From the IMG/VR virus record IMGVR_UViG_3300002835_000042: 56,514 nucleotides of DNA. One strand, 5' to 3'. Positions 30,320 through 38,421 of this stretch are shown here, one piece after another. Both the position numbers and the translations under genes were made by a program. Within the stretch, counting starts at the first letter, position 1. Every line of letters starts with the position of its first letter. The notes below the pieces were generated by a model. That model was given only the letters and a program-made list of their open reading frames with translations. It made no database searches and was not told the DNA's origin. This stretch comes from an uncultured virus (IMG/VR IMGVR_UViG_3300002835_000042) (lineage: Duplodnaviria > Heunggongvirae > Uroviricota > Caudoviricetes).

Positions 30320-30748
30320 ATGGATGCTTTTATGAATAGCGCCTTGGGGGCAGGAATAGTAAGCGTAAGTATGCTTTTGCTTTTGTCTGTTTATATAATT
30401 AAAGCACGATTAAATTCAAAAAGTTCCCCGATAGTTAGCCAAGCAATGCTACAGTATAGATTCTCTGGTGGAAACAGGTATTCAAGAAAACTTAACAGAA
30501 AAAGTCAATCTAAAAATCATGAGAAAGAAACAAATGTTCGGGTCATTATTGTAGATGGTCAGGCTTATTGGATTAAAGATAACATTTTTTACAATGCCCC
30601 ACTAATAAATAACCTGGTTGACAAAGAGTCTGCACAAAGAGTTGACACAACCCACATGGATAAGGTACAATTAGATCAGATGTTGTTCATTCTGGACAAA
30701 CTGAGAGAAGGAGTAAGTGATGATAGTAGGGGTTCAAGGGACGCCTAG
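30320..30748 (+). CDS. membrane-anchored hypothetical protein
   Basis: N-terminal TM; TAGAAT 6 nt upstream. Confidence 0.55.
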   Translation: MDAFMNSALGAGIVSVSMLLLLSVYIIKARLNSKSSPIVSQAMLQYRFSGGNRYSRKLNRKSQSKNHEKETNVRVIIVDGQAYWIKDNIFYNAPLINNLVDKESAQRVDTTHMDKVQLDQMLFILDKLREGVSDDSRGSRDA

Positions 30749-31070
30749 TTTCAAAAACTATAATATTTTTCTTCGAGCAATGGCAGTTGCCTTATCTGAA
30801 TTAAAAGAAGATGAGAAAGAGTTTTACTTGTATACTGCTGGTCCAGGAAACATTAGTGCAATGGCGTCAGAGTTTGTAAATCTTTCTGAAAGAGGAATGA
30901 AGGCTAGAGGAAAGTCTATTAAACTATTTAGAGTTAGCCCTGAATGGGTTGAAGAAAACATAGATAGTTTTAATCATTTTGCTTTTGTTGCTAATCCAAA
31001 AGAACAAGTTTCTAAAGTAGTAAATTTGTCAAGATCAAAAAACATCAACACAAACGTATACAACTTCTAA
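30717..31070 (+). CDS. hypothetical protein (possibly SLOG/YspA-like)
   Basis: IVGVQGTPSFKNY start resembles SLOG proteins; weak. Confidence 0.45.
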   Translation: MMIVGVQGTPSFKNYNIFLRAMAVALSELKEDEKEFYLYTAGPGNISAMASEFVNLSERGMKARGKSIKLFRVSPEWVEENIDSFNHFAFVANPKEQVSKVVNLSRSKNINTNVYNF

Positions 31071-31082
31071 GGAGTACACACA

Positions 31083-31295
31083 ATGATATCAGTTAATTCT
31101 CTTGAAAAAATGGAAGCAATTGTTTCCAAGAACAGCAACCTGTCCTGGGATGGATGGGATGTTGTAGAGATGATAAAGTCAGATAAGGCTTTTACATCAA
31201 AGTACGGAGCATTAAAAAATAATGCCTGGCACCTAAAAAAGATTTTCGTCGTTTCTAGAAATGGATGGGAAATACCTGACAAGTATGTAAGGTAG
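31083..31295 (+). CDS. hypothetical protein
   Basis: 70-aa Trp-rich ORF with AAGGAG RBS. Confidence 0.6.
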   Translation: MISVNSLEKMEAIVSKNSNLSWDGWDVVEMIKSDKAFTSKYGALKNNAWHLKKIFVVSRNGWEIPDKYVR

Positions 31296-31296
31296 C

Positions 31297-31578
31297 ATGA
31301 ATAAGTATGAATGGAAAGATAATGCTGCATGCCTGGATTATGATACAAATGTATTCTTTGACAAGTATGAAGAAGATGAACTTTTAAGACCTGCTGTAGA
31401 TTTATTGTGCTCTACTTGCCCAGTAAGAAAAGAATGTTTTTCTGTTGGTATTTCTGGTAAAGAGTGGGGCGTTTGGGGCGGGGTATACTTAGAAAATGGA
31501 GAGTTGTCAAAAGAATTTTCTAGTCATAAAACAAAGGCTGATTGGGGAACAACATGGCAATCCCTAACAATGGAGTAA
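31297..31578 (+). CDS. whiB: WhiB-family transcriptional regulator
   Basis: W...AAC...FF...CSTCPVRKEC...GVWGG. Confidence 0.92.
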   Translation: MNKYEWKDNAACLDYDTNVFFDKYEEDELLRPAVDLLCSTCPVRKECFSVGISGKEWGVWGGVYLENGELSKEFSSHKTKADWGTTWQSLTME

Positions 31579-31579
31579 T

Positions 31580-31819
31580 ATGTATACAGATCAAATGAGA
31601 AGAGCGTTTAGATCTTTGGATTGTCCCAAGGGATTTTCTTTAGAGGTAATAGACAATGATAGTTTTATTACTGTTAAAGCAAAAGAAAAAGTCTTTATGT
31701 CCTTAGAAACGGTTGATCTTAAAAGACAGGCCGTAGAGTATATGATTCGTGTAAAAAAAGCACTAGAGGATAATGGAGCAATAGTTCTTTTAGTTAGAGA
31801 AGGTGGTAAAGAGTTATGA
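31580..31819 (+). CDS. hypothetical protein
   Basis: 79-aa ORF in operon. Confidence 0.6.
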   Translation: MYTDQMRRAFRSLDCPKGFSLEVIDNDSFITVKAKEKVFMSLETVDLKRQAVEYMIRVKKALEDNGAIVLLVREGGKEL

Positions 31820-32226
31820 TTGAATTAGTTTTAATTTTTGTGATGTCTACTTTTACTTCTTTGTTTTTGTACCTTTATTTAAAACAAAGAAAAAACAATA
31901 AGGCCATTCTTGCCAATACCCTAAAACTATTGATACATCAACAACAAGAGCACGAAGCCAGCAAAACAGATAAAGAAAAATCTAATGAAGATTTTTTAAA
32001 ATTTGTTTCAGATTCTCGTGATTGGGCATACCAATACATAGAAGAAGTTCAGGCTGGACTTAAGTCGTTTATTGATGAGGTTGGTCCTCAAGTTGAATAT
32101 TACGATAGATATGGTGCAGCAGTAGATGGTATGGTTGCTCCACACGACTTTGCCTTAAAAAAAATATCTTCAGAATTTAAAAAATTAAAAAGTTTATTAC
32201 CAGAAGATTATGATAAAATAGTATAA
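31816..32226 (+). CDS. membrane-anchored hypothetical protein
   Basis: N-terminal TM helix. Confidence 0.6.
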   Translation: MIELVLIFVMSTFTSLFLYLYLKQRKNNKAILANTLKLLIHQQQEHEASKTDKEKSNEDFLKFVSDSRDWAYQYIEEVQAGLKSFIDEVGPQVEYYDRYGAAVDGMVAPHDFALKKISSEFKKLKSLLPEDYDKIV

Positions 32227-33104
32227 TGAAATTTTATTATTTTGGTGGAGTAATGGGAGATCCCGAAAATATCAAATCCCCATCAAACTTAAACAGCAAT
32301 AATTTCTCTGGAGTAATGTTTACACATGATATTCCAGAAGGTGATATGTTTATAAAAGCAGCAAAAGATATAAAACAAGGCGAAAACATTAAATATTTGG
32401 TAGCAATTCGTCCATACACAATATCTCCTCAATATCTTTCTATGATAAATAGGTCTATGGATAGAATAGACAAAAATAGGCTTCAGGTTAATTTGATTTG
32501 TGGATATATTAAAGACCATGAAGATGGTGTTGGTGGTATTGTTGGAAACGTAAACGATAAATCAAGTAACGTTGACAGATCAAACTATATGATAGAATTT
32601 CTTAAAGTACTAAACGAAATGGATCAAGATAAGGAATCCCCAGGATATTGGCGTGATCCAAACCACACAAACAAGTTAGATGTTTATGTTTCAACGACAA
32701 ATCATTATGTTTTTGAAGCAGCAAAAAAATATGGACACAAAATTATCTTGCCATATCACATATATGCTCGTGGAGGTTGGTCTGATTTTTTGAAGGGTCC
32801 TTCTGTATCAGTTCCACTTGACTTAAAAGGCATGGAAGTAATGTTAGCAATTACTCCAATTATCAGAAAAACAGAAGAAGAACTTGATTTATTAACTAAT
32901 CATGTAGTTAGACCAGTATGGAAAAAAGGAGAAGTTCCACAGCCTGTTCTTGATGCTGCATACTTTACTTATGAACAGTTTGACGATCTTGTGAATACTC
33001 TTGAAAGCAGAGGTATAAACCATATGCTTATTAATGCTGTTCCATCAGAAGAAGTAGAAGTAATAGTTCCTTTTATAAAAAATTATGTGGACTCAAGACA
33101 ATGA
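32226..33104 (+). CDS. luciferase-like monooxygenase family protein (second paralog)
   Basis: KYLVAIRPYTISPQYL, shared with 24763..25593. Confidence 0.6.
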   Translation: MKFYYFGGVMGDPENIKSPSNLNSNNFSGVMFTHDIPEGDMFIKAAKDIKQGENIKYLVAIRPYTISPQYLSMINRSMDRIDKNRLQVNLICGYIKDHEDGVGGIVGNVNDKSSNVDRSNYMIEFLKVLNEMDQDKESPGYWRDPNHTNKLDVYVSTTNHYVFEAAKKYGHKIILPYHIYARGGWSDFLKGPSVSVPLDLKGMEVMLAITPIIRKTEEELDLLTNHVVRPVWKKGEVPQPVLDAAYFTYEQFDDLVNTLESRGINHMLINAVPSEEVEVIVPFIKNYVDSRQ

Positions 33105-33262
33105 TAGAATTTAAAACCTACGATCAACTTTCTTTTGAGCCATTGGGTATTTGTAGTGTTATTGCATGCGATCTTGACGGAGAAAAATTGTTTAGCACGG
33201 AAACAAAAGTTCTAGATGTTTGTTTAAATCATTATACACAACTACAAAAATCGAGGGAATAA

Positions 33263-33448
33263 ATGAAAGAAATATTACTATCACTATCTGTAGGGCTTAC
33301 TTTAGGTCTAATTATCCTATCAATAAGCGCAATATCCCCAATTAAGATTCCAATCCCTGCTCCCCCAGTTTTTGCTGGTGTTGCTGGTATAATTGGATTA
33401 TGGCTTGCCCAACCAGTTTGGACAGCCATATCGAAGTTCATATCCTAG
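33263..33448 (+). CDS. XapX/DUF1427-like membrane protein
   Basis: IPIPAPPVFAGVAGIIG. Confidence 0.7.
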   Translation: MKEILLSLSVGLTLGLIILSISAISPIKIPIPAPPVFAGVAGIIGLWLAQPVWTAISKFIS

Positions 33449-33459
33449 GAGGAATAAAC

Positions 33460-33768
33460 ATGAACCAACAAATTAAAAATGCACTAGCGTCATACGGACG
33501 ATCAGTACTTGGAGCAGCAACAGCAATGTATGCTGCTGGTGTAACTGATCCACAGACACTAGCATACTCACTACTTGGTGCACTTGTGCCAGTAGTATTG
33601 AGAGCAGCCAATCCATCTGATCCAGCGTTCGGTAGAATGCCATCAGTAGAAGATGTAGATGTTGCAGTTAAGAATGCAAAGGTAGTCAAAAAGACTGCCA
33701 AGAAGGCTCCTGCAAAGAAGTCACCTCGTAAGGGTGGCGGAGGCGGAACCAGCCATAACGTCTTGTAA
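33460..33768 (+). CDS. holin-like membrane protein with Lys/Ala-rich tail
   Basis: SYGRS...TM...RAANPSDPAFG; AGGAGG RBS. Confidence 0.55.
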   Translation: MNQQIKNALASYGRSVLGAATAMYAAGVTDPQTLAYSLLGALVPVVLRAANPSDPAFGRMPSVEDVDVAVKNAKVVKKTAKKAPAKKSPRKGGGGGTSHNVL

Positions 33769-33787
33769 TAAAGACTAAATAAGATTT

Positions 33788-33818
33788 GGCGGTTGTCATT
33801 TGACAGCCGTCTTTTCTT
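33788..33818 (+). terminator. intrinsic terminator overlapping the hsp20 -35 box
   Basis: GGCGGTTGTCA-tt-TGACAGCCGTC followed by TTTTCTT. Confidence 0.7.
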
Positions 33819-33828
33819 ATGCTATAAT
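33800..33828 (+). promoter_or_regulatory. consensus sigmaA promoter of hsp20
   Basis: TTGACA-N17-TATAAT. Confidence 0.8.
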
Positions 33829-33885
33829 ATTTATGCCTGCCCAATAGGGGGGCAAATTAAATTATTCGCTTGAAAGGGGAATAAA

Positions 33886-34305
33886 ATGAAACAAACATGG
33901 TCAACACTGGATCTATTTAATGATCCTTTTTTTATTGGCTTCAACAGAGAGTTGAATCGCCTAAATAATGCATACAAAACAAACTCACAATCATATCCAC
34001 CTTATGATCTTATTAAACTAGATGAAGATACATACAGGATATCTCTTGCGGTTGCTGGTTTTTCCAAGGGAGATGTTGATGTTACAGTAGACAATGGGAC
34101 TCTTATTATTAAGGGTGAGATTGTAGAGGTAACAGATGCAGAGGTAGTACACAAAGGTATAGCAGGACGAAAGTTCGTAAGATCTTTTGCTCTTGGTGAG
34201 TACATGGAAGTGACCTCAGCAGAACTAAAAGATGGCATCTTAAATGTAAATGTCATCAGAGTAGTTCCAGAAGAAAAGAAACCTAAGTCTATTAAAATCA
34301 AGTAG
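33886..34305 (+). CDS. small heat-shock protein Hsp20 (IbpA-like)
   Basis: YPPYDL, LAVAGF, HKGIAGRKFVRSFAL, DGIL. Confidence 0.93.
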   Translation: MKQTWSTLDLFNDPFFIGFNRELNRLNNAYKTNSQSYPPYDLIKLDEDTYRISLAVAGFSKGDVDVTVDNGTLIIKGEIVEVTDAEVVHKGIAGRKFVRSFALGEYMEVTSAELKDGILNVNVIRVVPEEKKPKSIKIK

Positions 34306-34320
34306 TATAATAGATAGTAT

Positions 34321-34420
34321 TCCGTCATGATACATGCAGTTGCTTATAGCAACCTTATTGCTGAGTACGGAGGACCAGGGTCATTACCTGGGGGACCTGA
34401 GCAAGTCTATTAAACTGCTC
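34321..34420 (+). ncRNA. candidate structured small RNA ending in pseudoknot copy 2 (34393-34420)
   Basis: TATAAT upstream; TCCGT/ACGGA, GTTGCT/AGCAAC and CCAGG/CCTGG stems; GAC-CT-GAGCA-A-GTC-..AAAC-TGCTC. Confidence 0.5.
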
Positions 34421-34443
34421 CATTATTATGTTACAATATATAT

Positions 34444-34530
34444 GTCCCCATACAGGACCTTAGAGATGGCTTAGTTACCCATTGATATATACCGTGGCCT
34501 TCGTGCCTGAATTGCCTGTATGGGGCTTTT
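34444..34530 (+). ncRNA. candidate small RNA closed by an 11-bp terminal stem
   Basis: CCCCATACAGG (34446-34456) pairs with CCTGTATGGGG (34515-34525), then TTTT; TACAAT just upstream. Confidence 0.5.
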
Positions 34531-34564
34531 AATGCCCTTAAAAGGCTATATAATGGGTGTATCT

Positions 34565-34840
34565 ATGACAGACAAAGAGTTGTCCGCTTACAATAAGAAA
34601 CAGTTTAAGCAGAGACTGACAGAGATAAAAGAGGCTGCTGGCTGTGCTGATTGTGGGAATAAGAACCCTATAGTCTTAGATTTTGATCACCTGGGAAATA
34701 AAAAATATAATGTCTCAAGAATGGTCCACGATGGGATGTCCTGGAAGGCTATCAAAAAAGAGATTGAAAAGTGTGAAGTGGTTTGCGCTAACTGCCACAG
34801 GATAAGGACTCATAATAGGTTCTTAGGTTTTATAAAGTGA
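34565..34840 (+). CDS. HNH-like endonuclease
   Basis: CADC...FDH...CANCHR. Confidence 0.7.
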   Translation: MTDKELSAYNKKQFKQRLTEIKEAAGCADCGNKNPIVLDFDHLGNKKYNVSRMVHDGMSWKAIKKEIEKCEVVCANCHRIRTHNRFLGFIK

Positions 34841-34852
34841 TATAATAGTTAG

Positions 34853-35134
34853 ATGTTAAAAGAATACGAAGGCTGCGGATGCCCTATGTGCAAAGAACTT
34901 AATGTTAGTTGTGAAGATTGTCCACAGTGCCAAGCAGGAGAAATGAAATCGGATTGCTGTGGCAATGTCAATAAGCAGGCACCTTGTTGGGATGGATATG
35001 TTCAAAGAGGAATGAAGCCTGGGGCCGACGGTAAACCAGTTCCTAATTGTATTCCTGCTGCAAAGGCAGAGAGTTTGTTTTCTGACTTTGGAAAAGATCA
35101 TACCAAAGTACAAAGAGAAAAGTATACTATCTAA
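34853..35134 (+). CDS. Cys-rich hypothetical protein
   Basis: CGCPMC..CEDCPQC..CC, then CWDGY..GMK..VPNC. Confidence 0.6.
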   Translation: MLKEYEGCGCPMCKELNVSCEDCPQCQAGEMKSDCCGNVNKQAPCWDGYVQRGMKPGADGKPVPNCIPAAKAESLFSDFGKDHTKVQREKYTI

Positions 35135-35282
35135 TGGGAAATAGAAAAGCATCTGGTAAGTTTAGGACAAAGCATCCATTTAATCCTATTCAGATTAAAG
35201 ATGGAATGATTGTTCGTTTAAGAAAAGACGGGACAGTTAAAGCAGTCCTTGGTAAATACGGAGAGTATAAGAAGGATAAGTA

Positions 35283-35534
35283 GTGAAAGAACTAATACAT
35301 TTTACAGCAGACTGGTGTGCTCCATGTAAAAGAATTGCCCCTATCATAGAGGAGTTTATCGTAAACAATAAAGATATTTACTATGACAAGGTAGATGTAG
35401 ACAAAGAATTTAAAAAGGCAGAACTATACAATGTTCAATCAGTGCCCACACTTATATCTAAAATTGATGGCAAGATTTATGATCGTGTTTCTGGCACTGT
35501 ATCTGAGTTTACTTTGAAATCAATGTTTTCATGA
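35283..35534 (+). CDS. trx: thioredoxin
   Basis: FTADWCAPCK; VPT cis-Pro motif. Confidence 0.9.
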   Translation: MKELIHFTADWCAPCKRIAPIIEEFIVNNKDIYYDKVDVDKEFKKAELYNVQSVPTLISKIDGKIYDRVSGTVSEFTLKSMFS

Positions 35535-36268
35535 AATACAATAAAGTCTATTTTTTACACATACCAAAAACTGGTGGAAGGTTTTTAACAAAATACATCC
35601 TTAGACCTATGGAAGAGACTCTTGCTAAGCACGGCATTGAGTATTTAAGAATGCCAGAAGACATGAGACAACACGGTGGATGGCCATTCTTTATAGATGA
35701 TGAAACATATGTCATTTCAGTTTTTAGAGAGCCTTGTGAATTTTTTGTTAGTTCCGTATGCCACGCTGCTGCAGGTAGAGCAGACTTAATAGACAAAGAA
35801 AATTGGCACACAATCAATGGAGAAAATCTTCATGTTGAAAAAGAAGAGTTGTTTGAAAAATTATCCACATGGCCATACATGAAAGATTTTCAGTCTCACA
35901 ATTTTGCTTTAAGTCCAGATCCAGCAGCAATGTCTGTTATCAAAGAAGCACAATTTTTTCATAATGAACAAAAAGAATATGATACAGAGTTGATATACGA
36001 CAGAATTAAGAGAACAAACCTATTTATTAGGACTGACGAGTTAGAGTCTATGGACTATGAGTTGTTAGTTAAAAAGATATCAGAAGATTTGGGTGTAGAA
36101 TTAAATATTGATTTGTCACAAATTAATAAAACATATTTTAAGAATGATGCTTCAGAAAGATTATTTAATTCTTTAGATCAAAGCGAAAAAGATTCAATAC
36201 TTGAAAACTTTAAACTAGATAAAGAGATATACGAAAATAATTCTTTGTTTTGGAATCCTAGTCGTTAG
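35531..36268 (+). CDS. sulfotransferase family protein
   Basis: FLHIPKTGG; FREP. Confidence 0.7.
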   Translation: MKYNKVYFLHIPKTGGRFLTKYILRPMEETLAKHGIEYLRMPEDMRQHGGWPFFIDDETYVISVFREPCEFFVSSVCHAAAGRADLIDKENWHTINGENLHVEKEELFEKLSTWPYMKDFQSHNFALSPDPAAMSVIKEAQFFHNEQKEYDTELIYDRIKRTNLFIRTDELESMDYELLVKKISEDLGVELNIDLSQINKTYFKNDASERLFNSLDQSEKDSILENFKLDKEIYENNSLFWNPSR

Positions 36269-36412
36269 ATAAATATTTTTTAATTAGTTCCATAATTGAA
36301 ATAGTATACTTGTCATAATCAATTTCTATAATGAGGTTTCCATCAATAAGTTTGTGAACCTTAATTTCCTTTCCTATTTCAAAAAGTATATCTTTTATTT
36401 CATTTTCTAAAT

Positions 36413-37477
36413 TCATTTTTGGTTGTCCATTGGATAGCCAATTTGATTTTTTACTTTATTTAGAGAATCTTTGTCTGTTGTTCCCCAGTATCCAAAATAA
36501 TCTCCAGATATTATTTGTTGAAAATTTGTTGCAGAGTTATTTATTTTTGTCTCTAAGTAGTCTGATCCAACCTTATTTGCTTCATATGTCTTCCAGTTGT
36601 GGCCTTTGCCTAATGGAATAGATGCATCTTCTTTAAAATCTTTATCTATATATACTTGATTTAAAACAGCAATGGTCGGATACTTGGGACTAAAAATTTT
36701 ATATCCTCTGCTTAAAAGCCTAATAGAATAGTTTGTTTGATCTCCATGAAAATGATCCTCTGGATCATGAAGAACTTCTCTATTTAGTTTTGCTTTAGAA
36801 AACATAAAAGTTCCATGAACTCCGTTTGATTCTTCGTATTCTTTTTTATCTATATAGTTATCGCCATAAACTATTGGGAAATTTACATGGTCTTTAACTA
36901 AATTGTTATTTTGTTTTCCATCATAAACAAATTTGAGTTTTGTCATGCCCCTGTTTATTAATTCTTCAGCATTTTTTTCTAAATTTAAAGGATCTATTTC
37001 GAGTGCTGTTTTGTTTTCTTTGTCAATGATATAAACTTTTTCAGGATTTTCATCGTAGTAAGTCCAAGTAAATCCACTTGACGCAGAAAGAACCAACTTA
37101 TTTTCATTAATATTTTCTTGTTCTTTAATTTTATTAAAAATATTTATTAGTTGATTATCCCATTTTTTGCTAAAAAATGTATGAGCATCTATCTGAAACA
37201 TGTAGTCAAATTCTTTAAATTGCAACAAAGAAGCATTCATTCTTCCAAAACCAGTACCCATTGGCGCTGGAGTTATTAGTTCAACATAAAAAATTTGATC
37301 ATTATTTAGTAAAAAGTCATTATCTAGTAAAGAATGTTCTTTCTTTAGTATGTTGTTAAATATACCAAAATAGATATTGTCTGGATTTTCGGCGTTAGAC
37401 AAAGCACTTTTTACAGTTTGCTCTATAAATCTTTCTTCACAGGCTGCTATTGGTATAAATATTGAATCTTTAATCAA
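36413..37477 (-). CDS. glycosyltransferase, Gnt1-like GlcNAc transferase family (second)
   Basis: SIFIPIAACEE, QIDAHTFF..WD, FHGDQ. Confidence 0.65.
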   Translation of the reverse strand: MIKDSIFIPIAACEERFIEQTVKSALSNAENPDNIYFGIFNNILKKEHSLLDNDFLLNNDQIFYVELITPAPMGTGFGRMNASLLQFKEFDYMFQIDAHTFFSKKWDNQLINIFNKIKEQENINENKLVLSASSGFTWTYYDENPEKVYIIDKENKTALEIDPLNLEKNAEELINRGMTKLKFVYDGKQNNNLVKDHVNFPIVYGDNYIDKKEYEESNGVHGTFMFSKAKLNREVLHDPEDHFHGDQTNYSIRLLSRGYKIFSPKYPTIAVLNQVYIDKDFKEDASIPLGKGHNWKTYEANKVGSDYLETKINNSATNFQQIISGDYFGYWGTTDKDSLNKVKNQIGYPMDNQK

Positions 37478-37571
37478 ACAAGTTCACCTCAAAAATTAGG
37501 AGGGTGTGGTGTTGCAACATAGACTATAAAAGTTTCCCGACAAATATAGGCCAACCACACCCTTATTCCTA

Positions 37572-38417
37572 TTATAGCATGCTAAACATTTCTTCTGCAA
37601 TATGCAAATGTTTGTGAAATCCATAATGTCCAGGTGGCCAATACTCATAGTCTGCAGCATAATCAAAAAATTTGTTATCTGACAATTCCATATGACATCC
37701 CAGTTCTTTTGGAATGCACACACTATCTATATGAGGGCTTTCAAAATATGTGTCAGTAAATTTTGTAAATGAATATTTTTCTAAAGAGGAATCATTATAA
37801 TAGGTCCATACTAGTTTAATGTTGTTGGATTTGCAGTATTGTATAAAAATTTTCATAAATAAAATATTGTAAAAAATTGCAAACTCTTCTGGTAAAACAT
37901 TTTCTATTGTGTGAGGTTCTTTAGAAAATTTTTCAATCCAATTATTTGAAAGTAAAGCCTTGCCTATGTAATCTTCTGTATTTAAGTTTTTTATATTTTT
38001 GTTATTTCTTACTTTTAGATTAATTAAAGGTGCTTCCATTCTTGTTATTGGAAATACTGCGAATATGTGTGTTGGATGATAAAATTCTTTAAAAAATTGA
38101 AATGCTTTTACTATTTGCGCTTGCATCCCATCTCCACCTTTTGCTAAGTTTATATAGCCTTTATTCATTTTTTGTGATATCAAGTAAGGCCAGGTTAATT
38201 CTATTGGGAGTGCGTGACCCTCTGTTTGAGAACAGCCAAGAGTTAGAATTTTTTGATTAGTAAATTCATCACATCTATATCCATGAGTATTTAGTCTGTA
38301 TTCTATTTTAACTGAGTCTGCTTTTGTATTTGGCAAAGCGTGTCCACTCATTTCTTTTAGTGATCTATATAAAAAAATGTCTGGTATTTTTTCTAAATTG
38401 ATAATTTCATTATTCAT
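37572..38417 (-). CDS. SGNH-like hypothetical protein
   Basis: NTHGYR, LGCSQTEG, NLAKGG, GHYG. Confidence 0.55.
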   Translation of the reverse strand: MNNEIINLEKIPDIFLYRSLKEMSGHALPNTKADSVKIEYRLNTHGYRCDEFTNQKILTLGCSQTEGHALPIELTWPYLISQKMNKGYINLAKGGDGMQAQIVKAFQFFKEFYHPTHIFAVFPITRMEAPLINLKVRNNKNIKNLNTEDYIGKALLSNNWIEKFSKEPHTIENVLPEEFAIFYNILFMKIFIQYCKSNNIKLVWTYYNDSSLEKYSFTKFTDTYFESPHIDSVCIPKELGCHMELSDNKFFDYAADYEYWPPGHYGFHKHLHIAEEMFSML

Positions 38418-38421
38418 ATTG

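Noticed and set aside
34310..34530. Hammerhead ribozyme, tRNA or retron ncRNA
   Set aside because: No CUGAUGA/GAAA core, no T-arm consensus, and no reverse transcriptase in the window
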